From Eledone cirrhosa (Eukaryota): a DNA stretch of 64,000 bases. The translations under genes were made by a program, and so were the position numbers. The notes beneath the pieces were generated by a model. That model was not told the origin of the DNA, did not search any database, and was given only the letters and a program-made list of their open reading frames with translations. Shown in pieces: positions 44,977 through 58,180 of the stretch. The stretch is taken from positions 9,424,001 through 9,488,000 of the forward strand of contig OZ024751.1 of the NCBI GenBank assembly GCA_964016885.1. Reading direction: 5' to 3'. The stretch's first letter is position 1. Each line of letters opens with the position of its first letter.

Positions 44977-45133
44977 ATACTTTGGGAGGGTCATGTTGCC
45001 AATAAGAAACACACGTACCATTGCTTTCACTTCAATTTATTATATATTTATAAATTTATAAATTTACAAATCTACAAATTTATAAATTTCTGGTTGGTTG
45101 GTTGGTTCCACAACCAGATAGTTGTTTATATAT

Positions 45134-45178
45134 AGTCATAGTCCTTTCGTCACACTCTCTGTGACCTCTTCAGTGACT
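45134..45178 (-). ncRNA. Minimal type I hammerhead ribozyme in PLE pseudo-LTR
   Basis: AGTCA-CTGAAGA-G-GTCACA-GAGAG-TGTGAC-GAAA-GGAC-TA-TGACT. Confidence 0.85.
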
Positions 45179-45382
45179 GGGGATTCCTTTCTTTGTTTCT
45201 GTGCCTTTCCTTTCTTCTGTCCTACGCCATTTTGTTTCTGTGTGTGGGTTGCGTGCTCAGTTTGCGCATGCGCCACATCCGGGTGTCTGTGTGTGTTTGT
45301 GTTCATTTATCTATTTGTTTATTTATTTACATGTTATTGGTTGGTTGTTTGTTCTATGTGTGTGTCTGTTTTCATGTTGTCC

Positions 45383-46441
45383 TTAATTGTAAGTTGTGAT
45401 GTTGCTGTTCCACTCATATTTTCTATTTAATTTTGGTTGTAATTCTTTTATGTTTATTGCCTCTGTAATTTGTCTAAACATTGCATTTTTTCTGTGTGTA
45501 GATTCTATTTTTATTTCCATGTCCTCTAATTTACCCTTATGTTCTATCTTAGCATGTTGGTAGAGTACAGATGATTCTTTATTATCTTGAAGGTCTCGCC
45601 AGTGTTCATTTATCCGTTCCCCTATACTACGAGCTGTCTCACCTATGTACACTATATTTTTGTTTCTACATTGTCCTTCAGTACATCTTATGCTATACAC
45701 TACATTTCTAGTTTTACAGTTAATATGGGGGCTTATTTTACAGGTTATACGTTTCTTATCTATACATGAGAGTCTTTGGAACGGGTATGTCTTGCTAATA
45801 AGTGTTTTTACGGAGGTACCTGGTCTTTCTACTATCTTAATATTGAGTTTATGTTTATTTAGGGCCCTTCTAAATTTGTAGGCTAGTTCGCCTCTAGGGG
45901 TTGTATCGATGAACATTACACTCTGGTATTTATTGCTATCATACCATGAGTTTATTCTATTGGCCTTGTTCCTAGTTTTTTCTATTCTATTCCAAAATTT
46001 GCTCCTATACAAGGGGCAGGTCCCATTTATGTCATTATTTACCATTTTTTCCCATTTGGTTCTGGCTCCTCTATATACTATGATTCTATCTCTCTGATTG
46101 TAGCCAGCGAACTGCATACGGTGGATGAAGTGTTGTATGTGTCTCTCTAGTTCTTCGGGGTTGCACATGCGGGACACATTTCTCATCACCCGTACCAAAT
46201 CCGCAATCAGTATGTTGATTTTGGTATGGTCCGAAATGGCCGAGTTTCGGTGGATCAGATGTTTGGAAGTCATGGGTTTGGCATAATGGGAATGGAGGAT
46301 TTGTTTTTGGTTGTTAATGGTATCTAACCAGAGCTCTGTGTCTAGTACAGGTAATCGATAGTTGGGGTGTCTACTTGGGTAGTCTATAGTAACTCTAATG
46401 CTCTGGTGGATGGAGTTTGCTATTTGCTGGATGCTTTCCAT
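45383..46441 (-). CDS. PLE RT thumb + GIY-YIG endonuclease
   Basis: 352-aa ORF; VVY..YIGETAR..R..EH..ITEA..PKLN. Confidence 0.85.
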   Translation of the reverse strand: MESIQQIANSIHQSIRVTIDYPSRHPNYRLPVLDTELWLDTINNQKQILHSHYAKPMTSKHLIHRNSAISDHTKINILIADLVRVMRNVSRMCNPEELERHIQHFIHRMQFAGYNQRDRIIVYRGARTKWEKMVNNDINGTCPLYRSKFWNRIEKTRNKANRINSWYDSNKYQSVMFIDTTPRGELAYKFRRALNKHKLNIKIVERPGTSVKTLISKTYPFQRLSCIDKKRITCKISPHINCKTRNVVYSIRCTEGQCRNKNIVYIGETARSIGERINEHWRDLQDNKESSVLYQHAKIEHKGKLEDMEIKIESTHRKNAMFRQITEAINIKELQPKLNRKYEWNSNITTYN

Positions 46442-46470
46442 TGTGTTTTTCTCTAGTTCGTGACTGTTCT

Positions 46471-47082
46471 CTAGTGGGGTGTCTTAACTACGGTGTTTAT
46501 ATCATCTACGTAGCGGGAGTACATTATCAGGGTTAATCTGTCTTCTAATTGTTCTTTAAGTTTAAGTTTAAGTCTACTGTCCCACCATACCATGAATAAG
46601 TTAGCTATGTCGCCTGCAATGCTAACACCAATGGCTGCTCCTTCCTCTTGGGCATATGTTTTTCCATTAAATTTGAACATATGTTCCTTAAGGGTTAATT
46701 TTATGCTGGCCCCTACCGCATGTGCAATCATTTTCTTCAGTTCATCGTGGTTTTCGGGTGTCCGTATGGCTCTGGTCCACCCGTTCCATCTATCTGTGTG
46801 GGTTTTCTTGGCCATTGGGGTAATGGTAGGTGGTCTGCCTCTTGCTGGTCTTGTAGGGCACAGGTTGCTAAGGTCATATGTGTCTAGGTAACTATTACTA
46901 TGGGTAAGCTTAAGTAGAAGTCCCAGATCACTGGTATCAATCCCACGGAACTCAACCTTGCTCTCGCTGATCATTTCTACGCATTTCTCCACAGCATAAT
47001 CCACGTCAATAGATGGATACAGGGAGACAACATCCATACTGCCTATTATGCAGTTTGTTAGGTCTCCAGATCGGTTACTCAC
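46471..47082 (-). CDS. PLE RT core (frameshifted)
   Basis: DVVSLYPSI / QEEGAAIG / RYVDD. Confidence 0.85.
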   Translation of the reverse strand: MSNRSGDLTNCIIGSMDVVSLYPSIDVDYAVEKCVEMISESKVEFRGIDTSDLGLLLKLTHSNSYLDTYDLSNLCPTRPARGRPPTITPMAKKTHTDRWNGWTRAIRTPENHDELKKMIAHAVGASIKLTLKEHMFKFNGKTYAQEEGAAIGVSIAGDIANLFMVWWDSRLKLKLKEQLEDRLTLIMYSRYVDDINTVVKTPH

Positions 47083-47286
47083 GCCGATTTGCTGAGGAGG
47101 TCCTCCGTGCTGTCACATACATCGGGGGACATCTCAATGATGGGGCGTATGATCAGGGAGAGGAAGTAGGACAGTCTGTAGTTACTAGCAATGTTAGCTC
47201 CACAGACTGGCCGTGTTGGTGGTCCCGTGACAGGGTCACAGAAACGAAATATATATATATACATATACATATATATTTATATATAC

Positions 47287-47352
<66 letters not shown>

Positions 47353-47358
<6 letters not shown>

Positions 47359-48290
47359 ATATTTGGGGAGGGTCATATTGTTGCAATAATATTGACAGAA
47401 ATAATAGCAGAACATACTCACTATTTGGTTGGTTTTCGCTTCTGCATCTTTTATATCTCTACAGTTAATTCATTTGGCCATCAATGTTTATCGCCAACTG
47501 ACTAACGGTCAAAAATGCAGATATAAATACATATATATAGTCTAACAAAATTCTTTCGTTGCACATCTGCAACATCATCAATGATACTATTATTATGTTT
47601 GCCCTGCTGTATTGTATGTAATGTAATGTCTACGTCCTTTTTATTTTATCAATTTATTTATTTATTTTTATTTTTTTTTGTCTCCATCTCTGCGCATGCG
47701 TTTGCGTGTGTGTATAGTGTTTGGTGTGTGTGTTCGCGTTTGGGTGTAAGTGTTTTGGTTATTGTATTCTATCTTAGTTTATTATTGTGTGTTTATATGT
47801 CTTTGTTGTTATTGGTCTTGTGTATATATTTATTTATTTATTTATTTATTTATATTTCTCTTAAGTTTGTTTGGGTGTTGTTGTTATTCCATTCATTTTT
47901 TTCTGTTTATCTTTGGCTTTCTAAGCTCTATTTCGCTTGCTTCTCTGATTTGCCTACCTGTTGTTTCATTTCTATGTTTACATATTATTTCAATTTCTAT
48001 GTTGTCTATGTTACCGTCATGTTGTTGTCTCGCGTGTTCGTATAGTACTGACCCGTTTTTTTTCCTTTTAATTCCCCCCAGTGTTGGTCTATCCTTTCTC
48101 CTATGCTACTAGCTGTCTCACCTATGTATGTCGTTGTCATGTTTCTGCAAGTACCCTATGTACATCTTATGCTAATGACTACGTTTCTAGTTGGATAGAC
48201 CAGCACTGGGGGGAACTAAAAGGACACAACAACGTGTCAGTACTATGCAAACACGCCAGACAACAACATGGTGGTAACATAATTTATAAC
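47353..48290 (-). mobile_element. 3' fragment of the 60.4-63.8 kb PLE family with a short inverted 5' segment (48190-48285, +)
   Basis: Pseudo-LTR + 3'UTR + GIY-YIG end match 62990-63796; 48192 onward repeats IDQHWGELK on the opposite strand. Confidence 0.85.
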
Positions 48291-48621
48291 TGATATAGAG
48301 CACTCAACAAGTTTACTGGAGTAAATATTCAATATATTAATAAATGACTATCTAGCGGATTTTCAACCGTCATGGTTGTTTTCCATGGTTATGTCACTAT
48401 TTATAAAACAAATATTGTATTTTATCCGATGAAAGCGCACCAAGATTGGCTTGGTTACCCTTCAAATATATATAATAAAATAATTATGGCTTTATAAATA
48501 CAGTTTCCATTTATTAATATATTGTATATATATATATATATAGTTATGTAATAAACCACATGAGATAATTATTTCATTTACCAGTGGATTCTTCATTCAC
48601 ACACAGATATATATATATATA

Positions 48622-48832
48622 CAACTCATTTTGTCAAACTCTTGAACTTCTGACTTTACCACATAGCATGTATTTCATTTTCTTATAGCATTTTAAGAGG
48701 GTCCGTCGAGCTGCCGATTATTGAGTCGCGTAGGATAGATATAGATCGAACCTTGAGCTGATCAGTGGCGAAACGCGCGTCACCTATCAATAAATGCAAT
48801 GAAGGAATAATCAATCGCCCTTGTTATCCTTT

Positions 48833-48836
<4 letters not shown>
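48622..48836 (+). repeat. Inverted copy of the 3' pseudo-LTR of the 49.3-53.9 kb PLE
   Basis: Reverse complement of 49288-49502; contains CTGATCA-GTGGC-GAAAC-GCGC-GTC at 48758-48781. Confidence 0.85.
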
Positions 48837-48896
<60 letters not shown>

Positions 48897-48900
<4 letters not shown>

Positions 48901-49235
48901 CGTTTCTGAATTTGTTTAGCAAGATTCTTTATCTGAAATCGTGTGTTGAAACCGATATTGTTATACGTTGGGACACACACAGAAACAAAATGGCGTAGGA
49001 TAGAAGAAAGGAAAGGCACAGAAACAAAGAAAGGAATCCCCAGTCACTAAAGAGGTCACAGAGTGTGTGACGAAAGGACTATGACTATATATAAACAACT
49101 ATCTGGTTGTGGAACCAACCAACCAACCAGAAATTTATAAGTTTGTAGATTTCTAAATTTATAAATATATAATAAATTGAAGTAAAACAACTGGTGCGTG
49201 TGTTTCTTATTGGCAACATGACCCTCCCAAAGTAT

Positions 49236-49241
<6 letters not shown>
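48897..49241 (+). mobile_element. Nested pseudo-LTR of the 45-47 kb PLE family with an inverted tail piece
   Basis: 48973-49241 is the reverse complement of 44971-45245 (HHR at 49042-49086, core mutated to CTAAAGA); 48897-48972 matches 44330-44405. Confidence 0.85.
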
Positions 49242-49287
<46 letters not shown>

Positions 49288-49291
<4 letters not shown>

Positions 49292-50425
49292 AAAGGATAA
49301 CAAGTACCATTGATTATTCCTTCATTGCATTTATTGATAGGTGACGCGCGTTTCGCCGCTGATCAGCTCAAGCTTCGATCTATATCTATCCTACCCGACT
49401 CAATAATCGGCAGCTCGACGGACCCTCTTAAAATGCTATAAGAAAAGGAAATACATGCTATGTCGTAAAGTCAGAAGTTCAAGAGTTTGACAAAATGTGT
49501 TGTTTTGATTGGTGGGAAGGATCAAGGCGATTTACTGGCCTGTAGTGTATACGGGGGTGGGTGTGATGGTGAGATGTTGGTGACGGTCGGTGGATGAGGT
49601 GGGCTGTGGAGTGGTGGTGGTGGGTTGGCCTTGGCGTGTAGAGTATGTGGGGGTGGATGTGATGATATGGTGGTGGTTATGGATGGGCTGTGGTATGAGG
49701 TTAGTGGATTGTCAGTAGACGGGTTGGCGCGTGTGTGTGGGGGTGTGGTAGTGGTGCCGTTGTCTATGGTAGCGGCGTTTGTGGTGGTGTGGTGGATGTA
49801 TTGGTGGTGTCAGGTCCCTACATAGATACATAGCTAGACGCTCTTCGTCTGACAAATACTTTGTATATACGTATACGCACACACATATATGTATATATGT
49901 GCACATATATTGTTGTATAAACACACACAACACAAAACACATACGCACATCCTTGCCCACACATATCGACACACGCTCATACACAGCCATATGTATATAT
50001 ACACACATGTATGTGCATGCGGGCATGCGGGGACGAATATGGAGAGTGGGGGAGTATCGGTGGGGGTGGCGAACGACAGAGATGGGGGAAGGTGAGAGGC
50101 AATGTAGAGGGTGTTATACATATATACATACACATACATATGCTCACACACATGGATGTGGGCACATGGACTCACACTCACGTATACAAAATATACAAAA
50201 TATACAAAATATAAACATACACACTCACACACACGTATACTCACACACACATATATATATATATACACACACATGTACAGACAACACACACACACACGCA
50301 CATATACACATACATGCACGCACATGAGCTCACCTACACATACAGTCAGATTCACCCATATACATATATGTAGACGTACACATACACACACATACATACA
50401 CATACATATACACACACATATATAT

Positions 50426-50501
<76 letters not shown>

Positions 50502-53500
50502 TCACATACACACACACACATATATATATAAATATGCGTACACGCACGCGCACTTATACGCCCGTATGTGTAAAGCTACTTACACACAGACACACACACT
50601 ATTGTTGGTTGGAGAATGGAGGTATGTGTTGGCGGTGTTGATGAAGTATGGGGTTGTGTTTTGTGGTGGTGGTGGTGGTGGTGGAGATTTGAGGGACAAA
50701 AATATATATATACCGGATCGAATACCGGTTAAAAGGTGACATTGGAAACGCGGGGGAGAAGCGTTTATGGACGTACGACGATGTGTATTGCGGACATGGT
50801 GATGGTGGTGGTGCTGGGGTGATGTGTTCGACAAGATGATTACATGATCAGAGGTTACGGTGTGTTAGAGGGTAAGGCAGACGGTGGGTGGGGGATATAT
50901 AATACAGTCGATCTGGGAGCGAGGGATGATATGTGTTCATGATGTTAATGATAATGATTGTTGAAGTATGTGGATGTATCTAGTGGTGGCGGTGGTTGTG
51001 TGTGCGTGTGACAGTACAATTACAGGGTCGAATTTAGCGTGGGGTTGTAGTTTAGGGTAGACAGAGGGAACATGGGGCGATGAGGTTGTAGGTGTGTAGG
51101 GTAGACATATGACGATGTGTGGTGTGGTGGTGGTGGCGATGGTGTGATATGATCGACATTGTATTTACAGAATCCCTTGTCATTCTGGATTGTAAGGTAA
51201 AACCTATCATATGAGACCGATCTAATACGATGTTGCAACGATGAGGTGTGTATGTTGATGTGAATTTTGGTGGGGGTGGTGTGTGCGTCATGATATACAA
51301 ATGCGGGCTTACAAATGGTTACATGGAGTACAATAAAATAAGTTCACTGAGATGGGCGATGGTGAAACGGGGTATAGGTGGTTATTAATATGGTGTGTCA
51401 TGGTTAGTGTGATTTTTGGTGTTGGTTATGTATGCGGCATGATATACAAAATACGGGCTTACATATGGTTAAATGCAATACAATAAAATAAAATATAATA
51501 AGATAAAGTAAAATAAGATTAAAATTAAAGTTAAAATTAATAAATTCGTTGAGATGGGCGATGGTGATACGGGGCAGATGTGGTTATTATTATGGTGGGT
51601 CATGGTTAGTGCGTGGCCCTCCCGCGAATGTTTGTGCAGAAAAGGTGTTCATCCTAGTGTGTCTGCAATTGACAATTATGTCCGACCTATAGTTTATGGC
51701 GGATTTTAATTTAATTATTTCCGCCGCCTCAGCCAGGCATAATCTGCAGTGGTTTCTGTCACTGGGGATATATGCCACGCGTCTTTTTACTGACCACGAA
51801 ATCTGGGGTTCAATATTCCTGTCCTTGAGGTCCCAGATAAAGTCGGCCAGTTTTGTTTGGGGTCCTTTCAGTCTATGTTTAAAGGAGCTTCTGTGGTTAT
51901 ACCAGCGCTCCTTAAACGTAGTAGATTCCGCACCTATGTATGAGTACTCCTTATTGCTGGCTGTGACATCACACCGGTAAACAATATTCTTAACGAGGCA
52001 CTCCCCGTTTAGTGGGCATTCGGCTCGTTTTTTGCAGTTGCAGTTGGGTGTAACCGGTGTGGTGGCACGATGGCGGTTGGTGTCATGCGGTGTCGGTGTG
52101 GTGTGTGGGTTGTTGTGTTGTGTGTGTGGTTTCGTTCTGGGTTGCGGTGGTGGATTGTTGTGGGGAAACCATGTGTTTTCGTATTTTTGCCCTATTAGTG
52201 TGTGCTATTGTGTGGGCTAGGTTTGGTGCTGTGGAGAAAGAGAATTTTACGGTGTGTCTATTGTGGTATTTGTGTGTGTGTGGAAAGGATTGTTCGAGAG
52301 CCCTGAAAAAGTTTCCCGGTATGTTAGTGGCGACGTGTTTAGAATAGGGGGGTTATACCACGTGACAGGTCTACTTCGGTTTATGCGTTGTTTAGTGAGG
52401 TTTTTGTGGTTGGGTGGTAGTGTGTGTGTGTTTTGGTCAGGCGTATGTTTCATATTGGTTCCAAGTAATCTATTGGCGTTATGTCCCTTGTCTCTATTGA
52501 TACGCAAACCTGTGCGATAGTCGGAGTTGTTATTGGGGTTGGAGAGTATGGCTTTATCTCCTAGACAGTTATGTGTGGTGCTGTCTGCACTGCCGGCTAG
52601 GGAGCGTCTTAGGTTATTGTGTGTCCTAGGTGTGGAGGTTCCTTCCAAGTTCGTTTCTAAGGGTCCGGCTATGTTTAGCGGTGTTACGGTTCTATTTGGG
52701 TCCATGTAAGAAATCTTCTCCGTATAACCAGCGTTTATAAGTGCGGAGTCGTAGTATTCCGCGTGCTGCTTGAAGATGTTTTCGTTAGCCGACAGTGTGG
52801 ACACTCTGTTGGAGACGCTTTTAACTATAGAGTTAATTATGCTCCTAGGGTGGTTGGAGTGTCTATTGACGTATCTAAGATTTCATTAGTTTTGTGGTAT
52901 GGACGGTAGAGGCCTGAGTCTAATTCTAGGGTGATGTCTAAAAAGTTAACTGTCCTATTGTTATGTTAAATTTCTACTGCTAAACCTTGGGTCTTAAAGA
53001 TGTACCTAAGTCGTTTGTGTATTCTATTTAATTGGCTGTTATTAAGTCCACGGGTCAATAGTAGGGCATCATCCCGGTATAAGCCACCGCCCAAGGAGGG
53101 GATCTCGTCTGTTAATATGTTTAGGAGGTATGTGCCTACTATATCTGTAACCTGTGCAGAGTCCGTCGATCCCATGGTGATGTCGAAGCTATCTAGTCTA
53201 TTCTGTCTTTCCCATACTCTTCCGTCGAATTCTAGTAAAGTTTTCCTAGCTGTTAATATTATGTCTACTTCCCTTCTAGTGAGGCTTGATCTGTTCATGG
53301 CTGAGATCAGTGCCTTGTTGAGGATGATTGAGGATATAGATGCGTAGTAGTTCGTAATGTCCAATTGGACTAATCGAACATTAGACTTGGTTTCAATGGC
53401 ACAAAACCAGTCTATTACCTCCTTTGTACAAGACCATAGGCTGAGTTTAGTTCTAATCTTAAGTTCAGGTAAAATTCGGTCAATGATTGATTTGCTAAGT

Positions 53501-53930
53501 CTACCTAGGTCCGATTTGGAAGGGGCTATGAGCCTAACCGGTAGTTTTGACTGGAAATCCGGTTTATGGTCTTTAATGGATAGTCTCGGTTACCTAGGGT
53601 TGTAAGGAAATGTCCTGTCGTCAATGCTCAGTTCCGTCATTATTGTTTTCGCCTGTTTGTTTATGTGTGCTAGGTTTTCTCGTGTTGATGTTTTGTATAT
53701 TTTAGAGATTTCGTTTGTAATGCATTTGTTGTAGGTCTTGTACTCTAAATTATATAGGTTTCCTGTTTTATCAGCTGGTACGATAATGCCAGTGCTATTC
53801 TTGATCTTGTTTAAGGTTGAGGCTAGCCCGGACAGGAATGCACTTCTGTCAGGGTTTCACGGTGGTTTCCTGAATCCAATTGTCCGGATCATGGTAATGA
53901 TCCTGCTCTCAAACTCCTCTGGCCAGTTCC
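49288..53930 (-). mobile_element. Penelope-like element (YRDD-type), frameshifted, with ~2-kb microsatellite-rich 3'UTR
   Basis: DITNYYASI, FDITMGS, GGLYRDD (52966-53364); RPVTWYNPP; GIY-YIG remnants at 51590-52050; terminal repeat at 49288-49502. Confidence 0.85.
52966..53364 (-). CDS. PLE RT core fragment
   Basis: Homologous to 14724-16019 (FDITMGSTDSAQVTDIVG, GGGLYRDD). Confidence 0.85.
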   Translation of the reverse strand: MDITNYYASISSIILNKALISAMNRSSLTRREVDIILTARKTLLEFDGRVWERQNRLDSFDITMGSTDSAQVTDIVGTYLLNILTDEIPSLGGGLYRDDALLLTRGLNNSQLNRIHKRLRYIFKTQGLAVEI

Positions 53931-54436
53931 ATTAGCTTTCGATTTAGCTCATTAAACTAAACAAAGTAAATTTGAATACATAGAAGAAAAACGTACTTTA
54001 TGTAAACATGAAAACCTTAAGCACTATTCCAGCGAAATAATTAATATGTGAGCTGGGTGTCATCCATTATCCCATGTAACAACAGAAATCCAGTCTAGTA
54101 AAACCTTTTGTTTCAAGAGTAAAGTAAAATCCGAATGAGCCGAATTATAATAATCAAAATCACAAAACAAAATTGTTGACATCAAAATTGAGTTCCTATT
54201 GTATTGACGAAAGATAAGTCTTGTCTTACTTAATCACGAAAATTGACACAAATAACCGAAAAGTTTTTAATGTCTCCCAATGCCCCAATATCGATTTTGT
54301 ACAAACCATGTACAGGTGTTGTGCAAGGAGAAGCTCTGTAAAAAATTTCAAAGAAATCGCATGAATGGGTTAGAATATATGAGCCCTCATTAAACATTGT
54401 CCACACACACACAGAAAACTTCAGCTTTATATATAT

Positions 54437-54508
<72 letters not shown>

Positions 54509-54574
54509 GAAAACATTGAGAATAAGATGGTCAACAGTACAAACAAGGAGGTTTATTTACATATGTATATATAT

Positions 54575-54840
54575 ATCCCAAAAGTCAGCTCAAAAGTGAC
54601 ACAGAAGAGACTGAGGTTAGCTGGACATGCTCACCTGCATCCAGAGTTGGCATTGTACTCAGTGCTCCAGTGGGAACCCCTGCATGGACACACTGGAGGA
54701 GGAAGACCCAGGTTAACGTATGTTGATACCCTATGGACAGACACTTGTCTGTTGGAGACGCAGGACATGGCAGCGATAATGAAGGACAGAGACTGGTGGA
54801 GAGAACTCGTCCATGGATCTCGGGAATTTTACCCGTCCTA

Positions 54841-54842
<2 letters not shown>
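54575..54842 (+). mobile_element. RTE-like LINE extreme 3' fragment
   Basis: RLRLAGH..LQWEP..GRPRLTYVDTL..MKDRDWWR, followed by (AT)n. Confidence 0.75.
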
Positions 54843-54913
<71 letters not shown>

Positions 54914-54921
54914 TATATAAA

Positions 54922-55933
54922 ACCTGTCATTGACAGGTTTGGTTGTGAGTTATCCCTTCTATATATATCTATATATTCTACAGAAATTTGCACTCCCTAT
55001 AATAAACCCGCCTATTATTATAACAATATATGCTCATTCTGTCATATGTGATTCTGGAAGCTGAGTTTCCTGTATACACTTTTTCTCTATATGTAACGGG
55101 ATTGCCATCACGATTTGTATTTACTGTGGTACAGTTGTATGCGGTGCGATACACTGGTTGAACGCCAACTTGGACATACAGTGAATTTCACCTGGCACGT
55201 TGGATTTAGCGACCGAATGTTTTCAATTTCCTCACATCGGTGCCGGCTGTATATGTGCCATACATCTCTTTAACTCGTCGACCTTTTTTTATTTTTTATT
55301 GTAGATTTTAGGTGTATATCCCAGACCGCCTATGGTGATAAATCCCCTGGGTATAGGTTTTGGAAAAATAGTGTTATCTCACTTAACGTTCGGAACTGGA
55401 ACATATCGATGTGGTTCGTAGGGTGCTGATATGATAAGGAGAATCGACCTGTTTCAAGGCGATATAATTGGAGTACATGCTGAGTAATACCCTCACTCGT
55501 CCCTTGCTACCCTCTCCCAACCTATTTATCATCTATTGCACCATTTAAGTGATAAATCTTTGGTGTATTTTTTTATTTTTTAACTTTTAAGACATTTTAT
55601 GACATTATGTGCATCATGTATTCTGTCTTTTTCCGTATAGCGCTGGCCTCGAGACCCCCCTGCTGGTCATTTAACCTTGTTCTGGTGACGCAGCTCGATG
55701 GAGCATGCAACTACTGATATACACATGTTTATAAGCTCTGAGGATTCCAGCCATGGTGTATGGATGAAACACTGTTAGCTATTAAAACAATGTATTTCTA
55801 AGCACTCTGTGGTTATTCCTATAACTATAACGGCTCTGTAGTATACTAGTTATCCTACATTGAGCTAAAACCACACTGTCATATCAAGGGCAATATATCT
55901 ACATGTCTGAGCATATTGATATATTTGTCAACG

Positions 55934-55935
<2 letters not shown>
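54922..55935 (+). mobile_element. ~1-kb non-coding (AT)n-flanked element carrying an HHR
   Basis: No ORF; bounded by (AT)n; HHR ~150 nt from the right end. Confidence 0.5.
55734..55780 (+). ncRNA. Type I hammerhead ribozyme
   Basis: AGCT-CTGAGGA-TTCCA-(11 nt)-TGGAT-GAAAC-ACT-GTT-AGCT. Confidence 0.75.
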
Positions 55936-55995
<60 letters not shown>

Positions 55996-55998
<3 letters not shown>

Positions 55999-56320
55999 TT
56001 GAACAATGAATACTCAAAAACGGGGTTTTAGAACTTAATTATATATGAACTAATTAGGCACTAAAGATCGACTGTGCGTTATCATAGTCCAAACTGTCTG
56101 ACTGAATACGCACGTGTGTTTTTCCTCTTTATTCTCATTTTCCCCCGTTCCTTCCTCTTTTCATCCTTTATCTTTCTATTTATCTTCTACTTCTAACTCT
56201 ATCTTCTGATGAAGGATTAGTGTCCAAAACTTTATGACTTTTTCCAGCTATTCCAAATGTCCAACTAATGTATTTCTGCAATGTATTGTGTCGTTTGCTT
56301 TGTTATTTCTGTTTACCTGT
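55996..56320 (+). mobile_element. Family F element, HHR at 56202-56237
   Basis: TCTT-CTGATGA-AGGAT-TAGT-GTCC-AAAAC-TTT-ATGA; homologous to 12627-12838. Confidence 0.6.
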
Positions 56321-57110
56321 TGAAAGACCTAGCATCACTCCTTCATAGTCAGCCTATAAACTTTTCAGCTGGCCCTCGTACCATTCAAGTAGACTGTACT
56401 GTCGATAATGAAACGTGTTACAAAGCGAAGTGTCTTTTTTGAGAATGTCAGTAGTAGATCAATTTATCTATAAGATTGAATGTTCTTATTTCGAAACATC
56501 GAAGAAAACATGCATGTAAATAAGAATAAAAGATGAAATTTCACAATGATTGATGACAGCCACAGATTTCGTGTCAATTCTATAAACTCGCTTCTACTAC
56601 TTGTACTGAAGTCGATATAACTATCAAGTTCAGATTCTTACGCATCTTGTTTGTGTATGTCATGTTAACTTTGTACAGTAACTTTAACATAATTTACATT
56701 TAGTTTTTATATTTTTTGTTTTTGCTATTTCTATTTCTTTAAATCCATTACTTGGAATTTTTCTGTCAAGTCTTATAGAGAATCGATTTTCGAAAATGGT
56801 CAAAATTTCATTTGATTTATTACTCATTGTTTCTTAAATTAAATCGCAACTTACGTGTTCATTACAATATGATAGCAACCTGATATCGTCGCTAATAATA
56901 CCATTCTACCAAATTACATCATTAAAGGAATGTCACAGTAGCCTACTAAATACGCCATGAAGTTTAATGTGAAAATGTCAGCCAGGAAAATGCCATCTCA
57001 GATATCTCTATCTTTTTCTACATTTAATTAGTTTCTGTTATCGTTTACTAATACTTTCGACCATCAATATATAAAGCGTTAAGTACCATATGGTTGTATT
57101 ATATGTTTTA

Positions 57111-57296
57111 ATGGACTGGCAGTATCGGTAGAGGGTCGAACACCATGCTTTGACGCATAGAGTTACGGCCCTTGCCATTCGAGTTCAAATCCCGCCGAGG
57201 TTGACTTTGCCTTTCATCCTTACGGGGTCGATAAATTAAGTACCAGTAATATACTGAGTAATTGCTAGCCTTGTGCCTAAAGTAGAAACAATTATT
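57111..57296 (+). mobile_element. SINE S1
   Basis: Matches 29376-29560. Confidence 0.85.
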
Positions 57297-57419
57297 ACAT
57301 CATACAACATTGTGATGTCTATATATTTATAAACTACTGCTTAAACCATACATTGAGTAATTAAATACAGGTCAATGATAAACAGGAAACGAAGAAGATA
57401 TTACCTATATAAATAGGAG

Positions 57420-57570
57420 TGTGTGTCTGTGAAATATATACATATATACCAGGTCCAACCACTAAAGAACCAAACTCTCACTGTCACTGCCTCCGTCTCT
57501 CCCGCTCTCCTAATCTCTCACTATTACAAGCAAATGGGGACCCACGGACTGGCTGCGGCCTTGGCGGACA
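57420..57570 (+). repeat. Partial copy of the dispersed ~280-bp repeat
   Basis: CACTGTCACTGCCTCCGTCTCTCCCGCTCTCC is identical to 8017-8048. Confidence 0.65.
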
Positions 57571-58141
57571 AAATAGAGAAATTACCAGTCAAGTATTGAA
57601 GATGATATCATCTTCTGCATCTATCCTTAAACATAAAACAGTGTGATTGTATGACAAAACAAACTTTTTTTTTAAGCCTATAATTGGTGGCATTATAAAT
57701 ATAATGTACTCAAATTTAAACTAATTATATTTTTAATAATATACCGTTTCATTATACTTTAAGTATGTCCAAGTCAAGACTAAATTATCTGGCAGTCGAG
57801 TATTGCTCCCTCATCTAAATTATGTGCTTTTCTGCCAACATTAGAAATCTTTATTAAATAATGTAAGTTTTGGCACAATATTGTAAAATTCTTTTGAGAT
57901 AAGATCTTATATCAGTAACAAGATTAATATGTTTGATATTTATATATATTGACGTTCAATCAAAAATGACTTACTTTCCTTCCTGCTTTCGTACATATCG
58001 CGAGTCGTGCGTAGTTTTTGAGCTTGTATAAACTTAAATATGTATAAAAAGAGAAACCAAATGACCCAAATATGTTATGTTAATCAGATCTTATGTTTTA
58101 CATAATTGAAAAACCATCCACACACACACACACTCACACAC

Positions 58142-58175
<34 letters not shown>

Positions 58176-58180
<5 letters not shown>

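Larger units (their letters stand above)
44971..47247 (-). mobile_element. 5'-truncated Penelope-like element (YVDD-type) with 3' pseudo-LTR
   Basis: Frameshifted ORFs 47079-47247, 46471-47082 ([23 protein letters not shown]) and 45383-46441 (LPVLD, NVVYSIRC..YIGETARS). Confidence 0.9.
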
